A stretch of 64,000 nucleotides of DNA from Acidimicrobiales bacterium (lineage in GTDB: Bacteria; Actinomycetota; Acidimicrobiia; Acidimicrobiales; Ilumatobacteraceae). The notes beneath the pieces were generated by a model. It worked only from the letters and a program-made list of their open reading frames with translations, made no database searches and was not told the origin of the DNA. Location of the stretch: positions 4,876 to 68,875 of the forward strand of contig JBJTBF010000058.1 in assembly GCA_046091145.1 (NCBI GenBank). Direction: 5' to 3'. Position 1 is the stretch's first letter. The number at the start of each line of letters is the position of its first letter. The translations under genes were made by a program, and so were the position numbers. Below, piece after piece: positions 26,879-37,491 of this stretch.

Positions 26879-28183
26879 ATGAGCACACGCACGCGCCGCC
26901 AGCCTGTCCCCGGTTCGGCCCGTTCGGCCCTCGCCCACCGCGACTTCCGCGTGATGTGGATGTCGAGCTTCACCTCCAGCATCGGCGTGTGGATGCAGCA
27001 GGTCGTGCTGCCGGCGTACGTGTACTCGCGCACCCAGAGCGCCTCGACCGTGGCGGTCTTCAGCATCGCCCAGATGGGACCCCTTCTCCTGCTGTCCATC
27101 CCCGCGGGGGTCATGGCGGACAAGTTCGAACGACGCAGTTGGCTGGTGTTCGCCCAGCTCGTGCAGATGACCGGCTCGTTCACGCTCGGCGTCCTCGCCA
27201 CGGTGGATGCCGCCATCCCTGCGCTGTTCCTCGCACAACTGGTGGTGGGCACCGGCAACAGCCTGAATGCACCCGCGTTCTCCGCCGTTCTGCCCAGTCT
27301 CGTGCCGCCCGAGGACCTCGGCGGATCGATAAGCCTGTCCTCGGTGTCCGTGAACGGCTCGCGCGTGGCCGGCCCCATTGTTGCGGCGCTGCTGATGAAC
27401 GCAGGGCTGCACACGGAGCACATCTTCTTCATCAACTCGTGTGCCTACGTGGTCGTCATGTCGGCGGTGCTGCGGATCACCCTGCCCCGGGCCGAGAAGA
27501 CCCCTGAGTCCGGCCTGCGGTCGCTCACGCTCGGCATCCGCGTGGCCCGCGAACGCCCGGTGATCGGCCGGGTGCTGCTGACGATGTTCTTGTTCTCGCT
27601 GCTCTGCCTCCCGTTCGTCGGCCTGTTCCCTGCCGTCGCCGACCTCGCCTTCGGCATCCAACCACGTACCTCCCTCTACAAGTGGCTGTACGCGGTGTGG
27701 GGTCTCGGGGCGATGTTCGGGGCGCTCGCGGTGGGGACCGTGCTCGCCACCGAGGACAAGCGCACCACCGCCCGCAGGGGCTTTGTGCTGTTCGGCATCG
27801 CGCTCGCGTTGTTCGCCTCCGCCCCGAACGTGCCGCTCGCGTTCGTGACCGGGTTCCTGCTCGGCACCACCTACTTCTCGACCACCACCGCCCTCATGAC
27901 GGTGCTGCAGAGCAGGCTCGAGCTCGCCGTCCGTGCCAGGGTGCTGTCGCTGTGGTTCATGGCCTTCGGCGGCACCATCCCCATCGGCAACATGATCTTC
28001 GGACCCGTCATGGACTCCGTCGGCGCACGGCCGGTTCTCTACTTCGGCGCGTCGTGGGCGCTGGTTCTCTCGTGGTGGTGCAACATCCACAGGATCGACA
28101 TGCGCGCTGCCGAGGACACCTCGATCCTCGCGGCCCGGACGGCCACTGCCCGCGGTGATGCCGCGGGCGAGTCGAGCCCCTGA
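26879..28183 (+). CDS. MFS transporter
   Basis: 12-TM profile with N-terminus HRDFRVMWMSSFTSSIGVWMQQV, typical of the EntS/DUF894-like MFS. Start trimmed to ATG 26879. Confidence 0.8.
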   Translation: MSTRTRRQPVPGSARSALAHRDFRVMWMSSFTSSIGVWMQQVVLPAYVYSRTQSASTVAVFSIAQMGPLLLLSIPAGVMADKFERRSWLVFAQLVQMTGSFTLGVLATVDAAIPALFLAQLVVGTGNSLNAPAFSAVLPSLVPPEDLGGSISLSSVSVNGSRVAGPIVAALLMNAGLHTEHIFFINSCAYVVVMSAVLRITLPRAEKTPESGLRSLTLGIRVARERPVIGRVLLTMFLFSLLCLPFVGLFPAVADLAFGIQPRTSLYKWLYAVWGLGAMFGALAVGTVLATEDKRTTARRGFVLFGIALALFASAPNVPLAFVTGFLLGTTYFSTTTALMTVLQSRLELAVRARVLSLWFMAFGGTIPIGNMIFGPVMDSVGARPVLYFGASWALVLSWWCNIHRIDMRAAEDTSILAARTATARGDAAGESSP

Positions 28184-28193
28184 CCTCGACCCG

Positions 28194-29516
28194 TCAGCCG
28201 CGCAGCAGCCCCTCGATCACACGCTCGGCGCGCGAGGACCTCGAGCCCTTCACCAGCACCACGGTGTCCCGACCCCGCTGCGCCACGGCGGCCACCGCAT
28301 CATCCACGCCGCGTGCCGGCAGCCCGTAGGCCCCCGTCTCGAGCGCGATCACCATGATGCCGAGACTCTCGGCCAGCCGGGCCACGGCACCGTGCGCAGC
28401 ATCAGCATCGGCAACCTCTGCCATCGCCCCGAGGACCGCGTACCTGTGTGTTGCCACCGTGGAGGCGAGCGTGCGGAGGGCAGCAGACATGGACGACGAG
28501 TTCGCGTTGTAGCTGTCATCGAGAACCCTGGTGCCGTCGCCGGCGGTCAGCCATTCCATGCGCATCGGAGCCGTCCCCGCCCGCGCGGCGGCATGGACCG
28601 CGTCCTCAAACGGAACGCCGGCTGCCACACCGGCGGCAACTGCCGCCGCGGCGTTCATCACCATGTGCTCACCGGGCAGTTCCAGACCGTCGGTTGCGTA
28701 GTGGTCGGTCCACGTGAACCGGGCGGTGGCACGGCCGAGATCGTCGGTGCCGGCAACCACGCACTGCACATCGGCGTCGGCGGACGTGCCGTAGGTGATC
28801 TTCCGGGCGGCGGTGAGCCCGGCCATCGCCGCCACCCTGTGGTCGTCGGCATTCAGAACCGCCGTGCCGTCTGCCGGCAGCGACGACACGATCTCCGATT
28901 TGATGCGGGCCACGGCCTCGATGCCACCGACGCGTTCGCTGTGTGCATCACCCACGATGGTGACGACCGCGATGTCGGGCCTGGCGACTCCGCACAGCCG
29001 TGCGATCTCACCCTCCCACCGCATTCCGTACTCGAGCACGACGGCCTCGCACCCGTCGGGCGCACATGCGAGTGTCACGGGTACCCCGAAGTCATTGTTG
29101 AACGATCCCGGTGCCTTGTGTGCGCTCGGCCATGCGGAGCGCAGAACCGCATGGATCATGTCCTTGGTGGATGTCTTGCCGGCCGAGCCCGTCACCGCGA
29201 CCACCCGCCCCGCAGCCGTGGCGCGCAGCCTCCCGGCACACATACGGCCCACCTCGGTGAGTGCCTCTGCGGTGTCGTCGACCTCGACGCACGTTCCGCC
29301 GGTCACCGACCTGCCGCGGCCGACGATGGCGAACGGGGCCCCCTTCGCGAAGGCGTCGGCGACGAACCCGTGCCCGTCGTTCTCCGTCACGAGAGCCACG
29401 AAGGCCTGCCCGGCAATGATCGACCTGGAGTCGAACCACACGCCGTCCGCGGCGGTGTCAGGTCCGACCACGGTTCCGCCGGTGCACGACGCAACGTCAC
29501 CGGCCGTGATGCGCAT
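28194..29516 (-). CDS. murF: UDP-N-acetylmuramoyl-tripeptide--D-alanyl-D-alanine ligase
   Basis: VTGSAGKTSTKDMI P-loop, VLDDSYNANSSSM, about 440 aa. Start trimmed to ATG 29516 (MRITAGDV). Confidence 0.85.
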   Translation of the reverse strand: MRITAGDVASCTGGTVVGPDTAADGVWFDSRSIIAGQAFVALVTENDGHGFVADAFAKGAPFAIVGRGRSVTGGTCVEVDDTAEALTEVGRMCAGRLRATAAGRVVAVTGSAGKTSTKDMIHAVLRSAWPSAHKAPGSFNNDFGVPVTLACAPDGCEAVVLEYGMRWEGEIARLCGVARPDIAVVTIVGDAHSERVGGIEAVARIKSEIVSSLPADGTAVLNADDHRVAAMAGLTAARKITYGTSADADVQCVVAGTDDLGRATARFTWTDHYATDGLELPGEHMVMNAAAAVAAGVAAGVPFEDAVHAAARAGTAPMRMEWLTAGDGTRVLDDSYNANSSSMSAALRTLASTVATHRYAVLGAMAEVADADAAHGAVARLAESLGIMVIALETGAYGLPARGVDDAVAAVAQRGRDTVVLVKGSRSSRAERVIEGLLRG

Positions 29517-29522
29517 GCGTCG

Positions 29523-29542
29523 ACAGTAGCGGCGAGTACCTT
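29523..29542. promoter_or_regulatory. back-to-back -10 boxes for leaderless murF and ddl
   Basis: Minus TACTGT (29528-29523), 6 nt before ATG 29516. Plus TACCTT (29537-29542), 7 nt before ATG 29550. The spacer is 33 bp. Confidence 0.45.
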
Positions 29543-29549
29543 CGGGGGG

Positions 29550-30605
29550 ATGGACGGCCCGCGCAGGACCCTGGTGGTGCTGTACGGGGGCCGCTCCGCC
29601 GAGCACGACGTCAGCAGGGTGTCGGCGTCCCTGATGATCCGGGCAGCCGACCCCGGCCGCTACGACATCATGGGCGTGGGCATCACCCGCGACGGCCGTT
29701 GGCTGCGCAACCCGAGCCTCTGCTTCGCCGGTCCCGGACCGCGCGACGTGCCCGACGAACTCACCGTCGAGGGTGACTCCGTCGACCCGCGCGACCTGCT
29801 CCGCAGCGACACGGTGTTCGTGCCCGTGCTGCACGGCCCCATGGGCGAGGACGGCACGGTCCAGGGTCTGCTCGAGACGATGGACGTGCCGTACGTGGGC
29901 AGCGGCGTGCTGTCCAGCGCAGTGGCGATGGACAAGGCAATCGCCAAGCAGCTCCTCGGGGCGGCAGGCATCCCACAGGTGCGACATGCGGTGCTGCACG
30001 TCGACGAGATCTCGGACGCGGCGGTGGGCGCCGTCGTCGCATCACTCGGCGGCGACGTGTTCGTGAAGCCGGCAAACATGGGTTCCTCGGTGGGTGTGTC
30101 ACGGGCCCGCGGGGTCGCGGAGGCACTCACCGCCTGCACGGTCGCGGTCAGGTACGACTCATGGGTGCTGCTCGAGGAATCGGTGGACGGCCGTGAGATC
30201 GAGGTGGCCGTTCTCGGCAACCGGGCCGCGCGCGCATCCCTGCCCGGTGAGATCGCCCCTGCCGGCGAGTTCTACGACTACGAGGACAAGTACGTGGACG
30301 GTGCCGCCGAGCTCACAGTGCCCGCACGGCTTACCCCAGAACAGACACGAGAGGTGCGTGACCTTGCCCTGCGTGCGTATGCGGCACTGCGCTGCGAGGG
30401 AATGGCGAGGGTCGATTTCTTCCTCGAGGAGAACGGTCGCGGGTTCCTCTGCAACGAGGTGAACACGATTCCCGGCTTCACACCCATCTCGATGTACCCA
30501 CGGATGTGGGAGGCAACGGGTCTCTCCCACCGTGCGCTCGTCGACGAACTGGTGTCACTGGCACTCGAGCGTCATGCCTCGCGTCGGGTCGACACCGGCC
30601 GTTGA
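29550..30605 (+). CDS. ddl: D-alanine--D-alanine ligase
   Basis: VVLYGGRSAEHDVS.., ATP-grasp fold, and EFYDYEDKY omega-loop with Lys-Tyr. Start trimmed to ATG 29550. Confidence 0.9.
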   Translation: MDGPRRTLVVLYGGRSAEHDVSRVSASLMIRAADPGRYDIMGVGITRDGRWLRNPSLCFAGPGPRDVPDELTVEGDSVDPRDLLRSDTVFVPVLHGPMGEDGTVQGLLETMDVPYVGSGVLSSAVAMDKAIAKQLLGAAGIPQVRHAVLHVDEISDAAVGAVVASLGGDVFVKPANMGSSVGVSRARGVAEALTACTVAVRYDSWVLLEESVDGREIEVAVLGNRAARASLPGEIAPAGEFYDYEDKYVDGAAELTVPARLTPEQTREVRDLALRAYAALRCEGMARVDFFLEENGRGFLCNEVNTIPGFTPISMYPRMWEATGLSHRALVDELVSLALERHASRRVDTGR

Positions 30606-30634
30606 CTGCGATGGGCGCACCGCCCACCGGCCTG

Positions 30635-31255
30635 TCAGCCGCCGGCGGCGGGGATGTTGATGACCTGGCCGGGCAGGAGCGTGACCCCGGCATCCGGCCA
30701 CTGGTTCGCAGCGAACAGCTGTGCCTGGGTGATGCAGAACTTCCTCGTGATCGCCCACACGGAATCGCCCTCCTGGATGGTGTAGGTGCCGGCCGGACGG
30801 GTTCCGCAACCCGGGCCCACCGGCCCCGTCGGGGTGGAGTTCGTGGTGCCACCGCCCGTGGATCCGCCGGTGCCGTTGTCCACCGGGGCCGTGGCGTTTG
30901 CGGGGATGCGCAACGTCTGACCCGGGTACGGGAACTCCGACGGGCTGAGCATCGCGTTGTAGGAGAGCAACAGGCTCACGGTGATGCCGAACTTCGTGGC
31001 CACGGAGATCGGCGAGTCACCTGCCTGCACCGTGTAGGTGGTCTCCTGTCCCACCGCATTCGGCGGGAGCGACGTTGTGGTGCCGGGGAGGGTGCTCGCA
31101 ACCGGTGGGATGGTGGCGAACGCCGTGGGTGTCACCGCGACAACGGTGGTGGCAACCCCGAGGGTGTCACCACCGCACGCCCCGAGTGCCGGCGCGGCTG
31201 CCGCGAGGCACAGGGTCGTGGCGAGGAGCCTCGCCGCACGGGAGCGTTTCTGCAC
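30635..31255 (-). CDS. secreted lipoprotein with two LysM domains
   Basis: Lipobox LGAC after VQKRSRAARLLATTLCLAAAAPA. LysM repeats are YTVQAGDSPISVATKFGITVSLLLSYN and YTIQEGDSVWAITRKFCITQAQLFAAN. Start is GTG 31255. Confidence 0.8.
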   Translation of the reverse strand: MQKRSRAARLLATTLCLAAAAPALGACGGDTLGVATTVVAVTPTAFATIPPVASTLPGTTTSLPPNAVGQETTYTVQAGDSPISVATKFGITVSLLLSYNAMLSPSEFPYPGQTLRIPANATAPVDNGTGGSTGGGTTNSTPTGPVGPGCGTRPAGTYTIQEGDSVWAITRKFCITQAQLFAANQWPDAGVTLLPGQVINIPAAGG

Positions 31256-31332
31256 GAGCGCCAACGGTAGTTGTGCCGTGCCCTGCCGTGGTGGCAACCC
31301 CGGCCCGCCGGACCCGACCCGGCGAGATTGTC

Positions 31333-32784
31333 TCAGAGAAGCGGACGTGCCGTGGGCGGGATGGGCGCGGGCAGCACCGAGGTGCCCATGAGGTGCCGGT
31401 CGACGCCGGCGGCGCACGAACGACCCTCCGCGATCGCCCACACAATGAGGCTCTGGCCGCGGCCCATGTCACCGGCCACGAACACTCCCGGCACGTTCGT
31501 GCGGTAGTCCGCGTCACGCGCGACGTTGCCCCGCTCGTCCAGGGCGACCCCCAGTTGTCCGAGCCACGAGCCCTTCTCCGGTCCGACGAATCCCATCGCG
31601 AGGAACACGAGGTCGGCCTCGATCTCGCGGTCGGTCCCCTCGACCTTCGTGAAACGGCCGTCGACCATCTGCACCTCGTGCAAGAGCAGGGCACGCACGT
31701 TGCCGTTGCCGTCGTCGAGGAAGCGCTCGGTGTTCACGCTGTACACGCGCTCACCGCCCTCCTCGTGTGCGGACGACACGCGGTACACCATCGCGTACTG
31801 GGGCCACGGGTTGCCGGTGGAGCGATCCTCGGGCGGCCGGGGCATGATCTCCAGCTGCACGACCTGGCGTGCACCCTGGCGCAGTGCGGTGCCCAGGCAG
31901 TCGGCGCCGGTGTCACCGCCACCGATGATCACCACGGCCTTGCCCTTCGCGTCGATCGACGGGGTGTCCGCGTCGCCCTCCTGCACCTTGTTCGCGATCG
32001 GCAGGTACTCCATCGCCTGGTGGATGCCCGAGAGTGCGCGTCCCGGAACGTCGAGGTCACGCCATGCCGTGGCACCGCATGCCAGCACGAGGGCATCCAC
32101 GCTCGCGCGCAGAACCTCGATGTCGACCGCACCACCGACGTCGGCGCCGGTGCGGAACTCCGTGCCCTCGGCCCGCATCTGCTCGACGCGCCGGTCGAGA
32201 TGGCGCTTCTCCATCTTGAACTCGGGGATCCCGTAGCGCAGCAGACCGCCGATACGGTCGGCACGCTCCAGCACCACGACGTCGTGTCCGGCGCGCGTGA
32301 GCTGCTGTGCCGCCGCGAGACCCGCGGGACCACTGCCGATCACCGCGACCCGCTTGCCCGTCCTCGTGGCGGGCACCTGTGGCACGACCCAGCCGTTCTC
32401 CCATGCACGGTCGATGATCTCGACCTCGACCTGCTTGATCGTGACGGGGTCCTGGTTGATGCCCACCACGCAGGCCGACTCGCACGGCGCGGGGCACAGC
32501 CGCCCGGTGAACTCGGGGAAGTTGTTGGTGGCGTGCAGACGCTCGATCGCGTCCTTCCAGTGGTCGCGGTACACGAGGTCGTTCCAGTCGGGGATCAGGT
32601 TCCCGAGCGGACAACCGTTGTTGCAGAAGGGGATGCCGCAGTCCATGCAGCGGCCGGCCTGCGTGCGCAGGTCACCCTCCGGGAACGGCTCGTAGACCTC
32701 CTTCCAGTCGAGCAGCCTCAGTTCCACCGGCCGCCGCTTCGGTCCCTGCCGGTTCCATTTCATGAAACCGGTCGTCTCACCCAC
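31333..32784 (-). CDS. gltD: glutamate synthase small (NADPH) subunit
   Basis: Cys-rich N-terminus ([18 protein letters not shown]), and [14 protein letters not shown] plus [13 protein letters not shown] dinucleotide folds. Confidence 0.95.
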   Translation of the reverse strand: MGETTGFMKWNRQGPKRRPVELRLLDWKEVYEPFPEGDLRTQAGRCMDCGIPFCNNGCPLGNLIPDWNDLVYRDHWKDAIERLHATNNFPEFTGRLCPAPCESACVVGINQDPVTIKQVEVEIIDRAWENGWVVPQVPATRTGKRVAVIGSGPAGLAAAQQLTRAGHDVVVLERADRIGGLLRYGIPEFKMEKRHLDRRVEQMRAEGTEFRTGADVGGAVDIEVLRASVDALVLACGATAWRDLDVPGRALSGIHQAMEYLPIANKVQEGDADTPSIDAKGKAVVIIGGGDTGADCLGTALRQGARQVVQLEIMPRPPEDRSTGNPWPQYAMVYRVSSAHEEGGERVYSVNTERFLDDGNGNVRALLLHEVQMVDGRFTKVEGTDREIEADLVFLAMGFVGPEKGSWLGQLGVALDERGNVARDADYRTNVPGVFVAGDMGRGQSLIVWAIAEGRSCAAGVDRHLMGTSVLPAPIPPTARPLL

Positions 32785-35700
32785 GGGCCACCTCCATCAC
32801 GCGCTCGGCGGTCTGTTCCTCGGTCCAGCCGTTCTTCTCGGCCTCGGCAAACACCTCGAGCACGGAGCGGTAGTCACGCGGCATCACCTTGCGGAAACGC
32901 GGCACCTCCACCGTCCATGCCGACAGGATGCGTTCGGCAACCGCGGAGCCGGTCAGTTCGTGGTGGCGCTCCACTGCGGCGCGCAGCCACTCCTCGTCCG
33001 CGCCGCCCACGTGCTCGAGGTCGACCATCTCGTAGTTCACGTTCGCGGGGAAGACACCCTCGTGGTCCCACACGTACGCGATGCCACCCGACATGCCCGC
33101 GGCGAAGTTGCGGCCCGTCGGGCCCAGCACCACAACGCGGCCACCGGTCATGTACTCGCAACCGTGGTCACCCACGCCCTCCACCACGGCCGTGGCACCG
33201 GAGTTGCGCACGCAGAAGCGCTCCCCCACCATGCCGCGAATGAAGATCTCACCCGAGGTCGCGCCGTAGCCGATCACGTTGCCGGCGATCACGTTCTCCT
33301 CGGCCACGTACCCTGCACCGTCCGGCGGGTGCAGGATGACCCGCCCGCCGGAGAGACCCTTCGCGAGGTAGTCGTTCGCGTCGCCCTCGAGACGCAGTTC
33401 GACACCGCGCGGCACGAACGCACCGAAGCTCTGCCCCGCGGACCCGGTGAACCGGATGCTGATCGTGCCGTCGGGCAGGCCCTCCCCGCCCCACGAGCGC
33501 GTCACCTCGTGACCGAGCATCGTGCCCACGGTGCGGTTCACGTTGCGTATTGTCCGGGTGATCGACACCGGCGTGCCCTCGAGCAGGGCGGGTCGCGCCG
33601 CCGCGATGAGGTCGTTGTCGAGAGCCTCGTCGAGACCGTGGTCCTGGCCAACCGAGGAGTGCAGGGTCTGGCCGTAGGGGTTGCGCGGCGTCTCGAGGAT
33701 CGGCGAGATGTCGAGTCCGTGCGCCTTCCAGTGGTCGACGGCCCCGCGTGCATCGATCATCTCCACGTGACCGATCGCCTCCCGCAGCGACCGGAACCCG
33801 AGCGTGGCGAGGTGCTCGCGCACCTCCTCGGCGATGAACTCGAAGAAGTTCACGACGAAATCCGGCTTCCCGCTGAAGCGCTGACGGAGGACCGGGTTCT
33901 GCGTGGCGACACCCACCGGGCAGGTGTCGAGGTGACAGACGCGCATCATGATGCAGCCGCTCACCACCAGCGGCGCGGTCGCGAAACCGAACTCCTCGGC
34001 ACCGAGCAGCGCGGCGATCACCACGTCGCGGCCGGTCTTCATCTGGCCGTCCGTCTGCACCACGATGCGGTCGCGCAGTCCGTTCAGCAGCAGTGTCTGC
34101 TGTGTCTCGGCGAGCCCGAGCTCCCACGGGCCGCCCGCATGCTTCAGCGATGTCAGCGGTGATGCGCCGGTGCCGCCGTCATGACCGGAGATCAGCACGA
34201 CGTCGGCCTTCGCCTTGCTCACGCCCGCAGCCACGGTGCCCACTCCCATCTCGGCGACGAGCTTCACGTGGATGCGTGCGGCAGGGTTCGAGTTCTTGAG
34301 GTCGTGGATGAGCTGCTTGAGGTCCTCGATCGAGTAGATGTCGTGGTGCGGGGGCGGGCTGATGAGACCGACACCGGGTGTCGAGTGGCGGGTCTTTGCG
34401 ACCCACGGGTACACCTTGTGCCCGGGAAGCTGGCCACCCTCGCCCGGCTTGGCACCCTGGGCCATCTTGATCTGGATGTCGTCTGCGTTCACGAGGTACT
34501 CGCTGGTCACGCCGAACCGGCCCGATGCCACCTGCTTGATGGCACTGCGCTTCGAGTCACCGTTCGGCAGCGGCACGAACCTCTCGGGGTCCTCGCCTCC
34601 CTCGCCGGTGTTGCTCTTGCCGCCGATCCGGTTCATGGCGACCGCGAGTGTCTCGTGGGCCTCCGCGGAGATCGAGCCGTAGCTCATCGCCCCGGTGCTG
34701 AACCGCCTCACGATGGCACTGACCGGCTCCACCTCGTCGAGCGGCACGGGCGGGCGCGCACCGTGGCGCAGCTCGAACAGGCCGCGCAGCGTGGCTAGCC
34801 GGCGCGACTGGTCGTCGACATCGCGGGTGTACTGCTTGAAGATGTCGTAGCGACCGGCGCGCGTGGAGTGCTGCAAGCGGTACACGGTCTCGGGGTTGAA
34901 CAGGTGATGCTCACCCTCGCGTCTCCACTGGTACTCACCGCCCAGATCGAGCGTGCGGTGCGCGCGCAGCTCCGGTCGGTCGGGGTGAGCGGTCGCATGG
35001 CGCATCGCCACCTCACGGGCGATCTCCTCGAGGCCGATGCCCCCGAGACGCGACACCGTGCCCGTGAAGTACTCGTCCACCACCGTCTCCGACAGGCCGA
35101 TCGCCTCGAAGATCTGCGCGCCGGTGTACGACGCCACGGTGGACACGCCCATCTTCGACATCACCTTCAGCACGCCCTTGCCGGCAGCCTTGATGTAGTT
35201 CTTCACCGCCTTGTGCGGGTCGTGGCCGCCCATGAGGTGCAGTCCCCTGCCCTCGTCGGCCGCGATCATGTCCTCGATCGACTCGAACGCGAGGTACGGA
35301 TTGATCGCGCCCGCGCCGTATCCCACGAGCAGTGCCATGTGGTGCACCTCACGCGCGTCACCGCTCTCCACGATCAGGCCTACCTGTGTGCGTGTCTTCT
35401 CACGGATGAGGTGGTGATGCACCGTGCTCGTGAGGAGCAGCGACGGGATCGGTGCATACACCTCGTCGGCGTTGCGGTCGGACAGCACGATGATCCGCAC
35501 CCCGCGCGCGATTGCGTCGCTCGCGAGGCTGCGCACGTTCTCGAGAGCGGTGCGCAGCCCCTCGCCACCGTCGGCGACCCTGTACAGGCCGCTGATCACC
35601 ACGGACTCGAGGTGCGGGTGGGTGCCGTCATCGTTGATGTGGATGATCCTGGCGAGGTCGTCGTTGTCGATGATCGGGAACGGCAGCTGCAGCTGGCGGC

Positions 35701-37348
35701 AGCTGTCCGGCCCGGGTGCGAGCAGGTTCGCCTCGGGGCCCACACTGGTCCCGACGGCGGTCACGACCTCCTCACGGATGGCATCGAGCGGCGGGTTCGT
35801 GACCTGCGCGAACAACTGCTGGAAGTAGTCGAAGAGGAGGCGCGAGCGCTCCGACAGCACGGCGATCGGGGTGTCGGTGCCCATCGACCCGATCGGCTCC
35901 GCACCGGAGCGCGCCATCGGCGACACGATGATCTTCAGTTCCTCGTCGGTGTAGCCGAACATCTGCTGGCGGCGCAGCACACTGCCACGGCTGTGCACCA
36001 CGTGCTCACGCGCGGGGAGGTCGTCGAGGTGCGTCATGCCGGCCTCGACCCAGTCCGCGTACGGGTGCTCAGAGGCGAGCTGCAGCTTGATCTCCTCGTC
36101 GTCGATGATGCGGCCCTGCGCGGTGTCGATCAGGAACATGCGTCCCGGCTGCAGGCGCCCCTTGCGGATGATGCGCGAGGGCTCGATGTCGAGCACCCCC
36201 GCCTCGCTCGCCAACACCACAAGGTCGTCGTTCGTCACCCAGAAACGCCCCGGACGCAGACCGTTGCGGTCGAGGACCGCGCCGATGACCGTGCCGTCGG
36301 TGAAGCAGACGTCGGCCGGCCCGTCCCACGGCTCCATGAGGCTTGAGTGGTAGCGGTAGAAGGCGCGCTTGCGGGGGTCCATGCGTTCGTTGTTCTCCCA
36401 CGCCTCGGGGATCATCATCAGGAGCGCATGCGGCAGGGAACGACCGGCGAGATGCAGCAGCTCGAGAACCTCGTCGAAACTTGCGGAGTCCGACATGCCG
36501 GGCGTGCAGATGGGGTACGCGCGCTCGAGACCGGGGATGAGGTCGCTCTGCAGCAGTGCCTCGCGTGTGCGCATCCAGTTGCGGTTGCCCTGCACCGTGT
36601 TGATCTCGCCGTTGTGGGCGATGTAGCGGTACGGGTGCGCCAGCGGCCACGACGGGAAGGTGTTCGTGGAGAACCGGCTGTGCACCAGTGCCAGCGCGGA
36701 CTCCATGCGCCCGTCGGAGAGGTCCGGGAAGAACTGGCCGAGCTCGGGCGTGGTCAGCATGCCCTTGTACACGAAGGTGCGCGCGGACAGCGACGAGAAG
36801 TATGTGCGCATCGCATCGGTGATCTCGTGCTCGATGCGCTTGCGCACGATGAACAGCCTGCGGTCGAGGTCAATCCCGGCTGCGCCCGCGGGGTCATCGA
36901 CGAAATAGGTGCGGAACGCGGGCATCACCGCGCGGGCCGAGGCGCCGAGGCACGCAGGGTTCACCGGCACCTCACGCCAACCGAGGGGCCGCAGGTTCTC
37001 CTCGCGCGTGATGCGCTCCACGGTGGCCATTGCCTCCGCGCAACGCGCGGGGTCCGCCGGGAGAAACGCCATGCCCGCGGCATACGAGCCCTCCGCAGGG
37101 AGGTCGACGCCGGCGGTGGCACGCATGAAGGCATCCGGCATCTGCACGAGGATCCCCGCGCCGTCCCCGGTGTCGGGCTCGGCCCCGGTCGCACCGCGGT
37201 GCTCCATGTTCATGAGCGCAGTGAGCCCGAGGTCGACGATGGAGCGGCTCCTGTGCCCCTTCACGTTCGCGACGAAGGAGACTCCGCAGGCGTCATGCTC
37301 GAAACGGGGGTCGTAGAGACCGTGGCGCGCGGGCAGGTCAGGGTTCAT
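32777..37348 (-). CDS. gltB: glutamate synthase large subunit
   Basis: 1523 aa with an Ntn-amidotransferase N-terminus ([14 protein letters not shown]) and central, FMN and GXGXG domains. GGAGG Shine-Dalgarno upstream. 8-nt overlap with gltD. Confidence 0.97.
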   Translation of the reverse strand: MNPDLPARHGLYDPRFEHDACGVSFVANVKGHRSRSIVDLGLTALMNMEHRGATGAEPDTGDGAGILVQMPDAFMRATAGVDLPAEGSYAAGMAFLPADPARCAEAMATVERITREENLRPLGWREVPVNPACLGASARAVMPAFRTYFVDDPAGAAGIDLDRRLFIVRKRIEHEITDAMRTYFSSLSARTFVYKGMLTTPELGQFFPDLSDGRMESALALVHSRFSTNTFPSWPLAHPYRYIAHNGEINTVQGNRNWMRTREALLQSDLIPGLERAYPICTPGMSDSASFDEVLELLHLAGRSLPHALLMMIPEAWENNERMDPRKRAFYRYHSSLMEPWDGPADVCFTDGTVIGAVLDRNGLRPGRFWVTNDDLVVLASEAGVLDIEPSRIIRKGRLQPGRMFLIDTAQGRIIDDEEIKLQLASEHPYADWVEAGMTHLDDLPAREHVVHSRGSVLRRQQMFGYTDEELKIIVSPMARSGAEPIGSMGTDTPIAVLSERSRLLFDYFQQLFAQVTNPPLDAIREEVVTAVGTSVGPEANLLAPGPDSCRQLQLPFPIIDNDDLARIIHINDDGTHPHLESVVISGLYRVADGGEGLRTALENVRSLASDAIARGVRIIVLSDRNADEVYAPIPSLLLTSTVHHHLIREKTRTQVGLIVESGDAREVHHMALLVGYGAGAINPYLAFESIEDMIAADEGRGLHLMGGHDPHKAVKNYIKAAGKGVLKVMSKMGVSTVASYTGAQIFEAIGLSETVVDEYFTGTVSRLGGIGLEEIAREVAMRHATAHPDRPELRAHRTLDLGGEYQWRREGEHHLFNPETVYRLQHSTRAGRYDIFKQYTRDVDDQSRRLATLRGLFELRHGARPPVPLDEVEPVSAIVRRFSTGAMSYGSISAEAHETLAVAMNRIGGKSNTGEGGEDPERFVPLPNGDSKRSAIKQVASGRFGVTSEYLVNADDIQIKMAQGAKPGEGGQLPGHKVYPWVAKTRHSTPGVGLISPPPHHDIYSIEDLKQLIHDLKNSNPAARIHVKLVAEMGVGTVAAGVSKAKADVVLISGHDGGTGASPLTSLKHAGGPWELGLAETQQTLLLNGLRDRIVVQTDGQMKTGRDVVIAALLGAEEFGFATAPLVVSGCIMMRVCHLDTCPVGVATQNPVLRQRFSGKPDFVVNFFEFIAEEVREHLATLGFRSLREAIGHVEMIDARGAVDHWKAHGLDISPILETPRNPYGQTLHSSVGQDHGLDEALDNDLIAAARPALLEGTPVSITRTIRNVNRTVGTMLGHEVTRSWGGEGLPDGTISIRFTGSAGQSFGAFVPRGVELRLEGDANDYLAKGLSGGRVILHPPDGAGYVAEENVIAGNVIGYGATSGEIFIRGMVGERFCVRNSGATAVVEGVGDHGCEYMTGGRVVVLGPTGRNFAAGMSGGIAYVWDHEGVFPANVNYEMVDLEHVGGADEEWLRAAVERHHELTGSAVAERILSAWTVEVPRFRKVMPRDYRSVLEVFAEAEKNGWTEEQTAERVMEVARG

Positions 37349-37491
37349 GGCGTCGTTCGTCCTCCGGGGGTCCGTGCGGGCACGGACAGGAAACTCTCTG
37401 GGGTTCCCCGGGACGACGCTGGCCCGAGGGTCATCATGCTATCGGGGTGCCGCAGGTGCGGCAAAGCCTTTCTCGGGACGGGTGAGGTGCG

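Noticed and set aside
29550-30605. murF/ddl pair as a Van-like alternative peptidoglycan precursor module.
   Set aside because: The Ddl omega-loop keeps Lys-Tyr (EDKY), characteristic of D-Ala-D-Ala ligases. There are no vanH/vanX/vanRS-like genes nearby.
31256-31332. Possible c-di-AMP (ydaO-type) riboswitch upstream of the LysM lipoprotein gene. Such genes often carry one in Actinobacteria.
   Set aside because: Only 77 nt are available, and I could not see the conserved pseudo-two-fold architecture. The small hairpin cgccgg-gtcgggt-ccggcg is more simply a gltD terminator.
37349-37491. GlnR-type box (GTnAC-N6-GAAAC) or another nitrogen-control site upstream of gltB. Noted ggaaac-tctctg-gggttcc and the hairpins tccgtgc-gg-gcacgga and tgccgca-gg-tgcggca.
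   Set aside because: There is no convincing match to the GlnR consensus. The hairpins are short, and one is plausibly just the terminator of the upstream crotonase gene. I cannot support a call.
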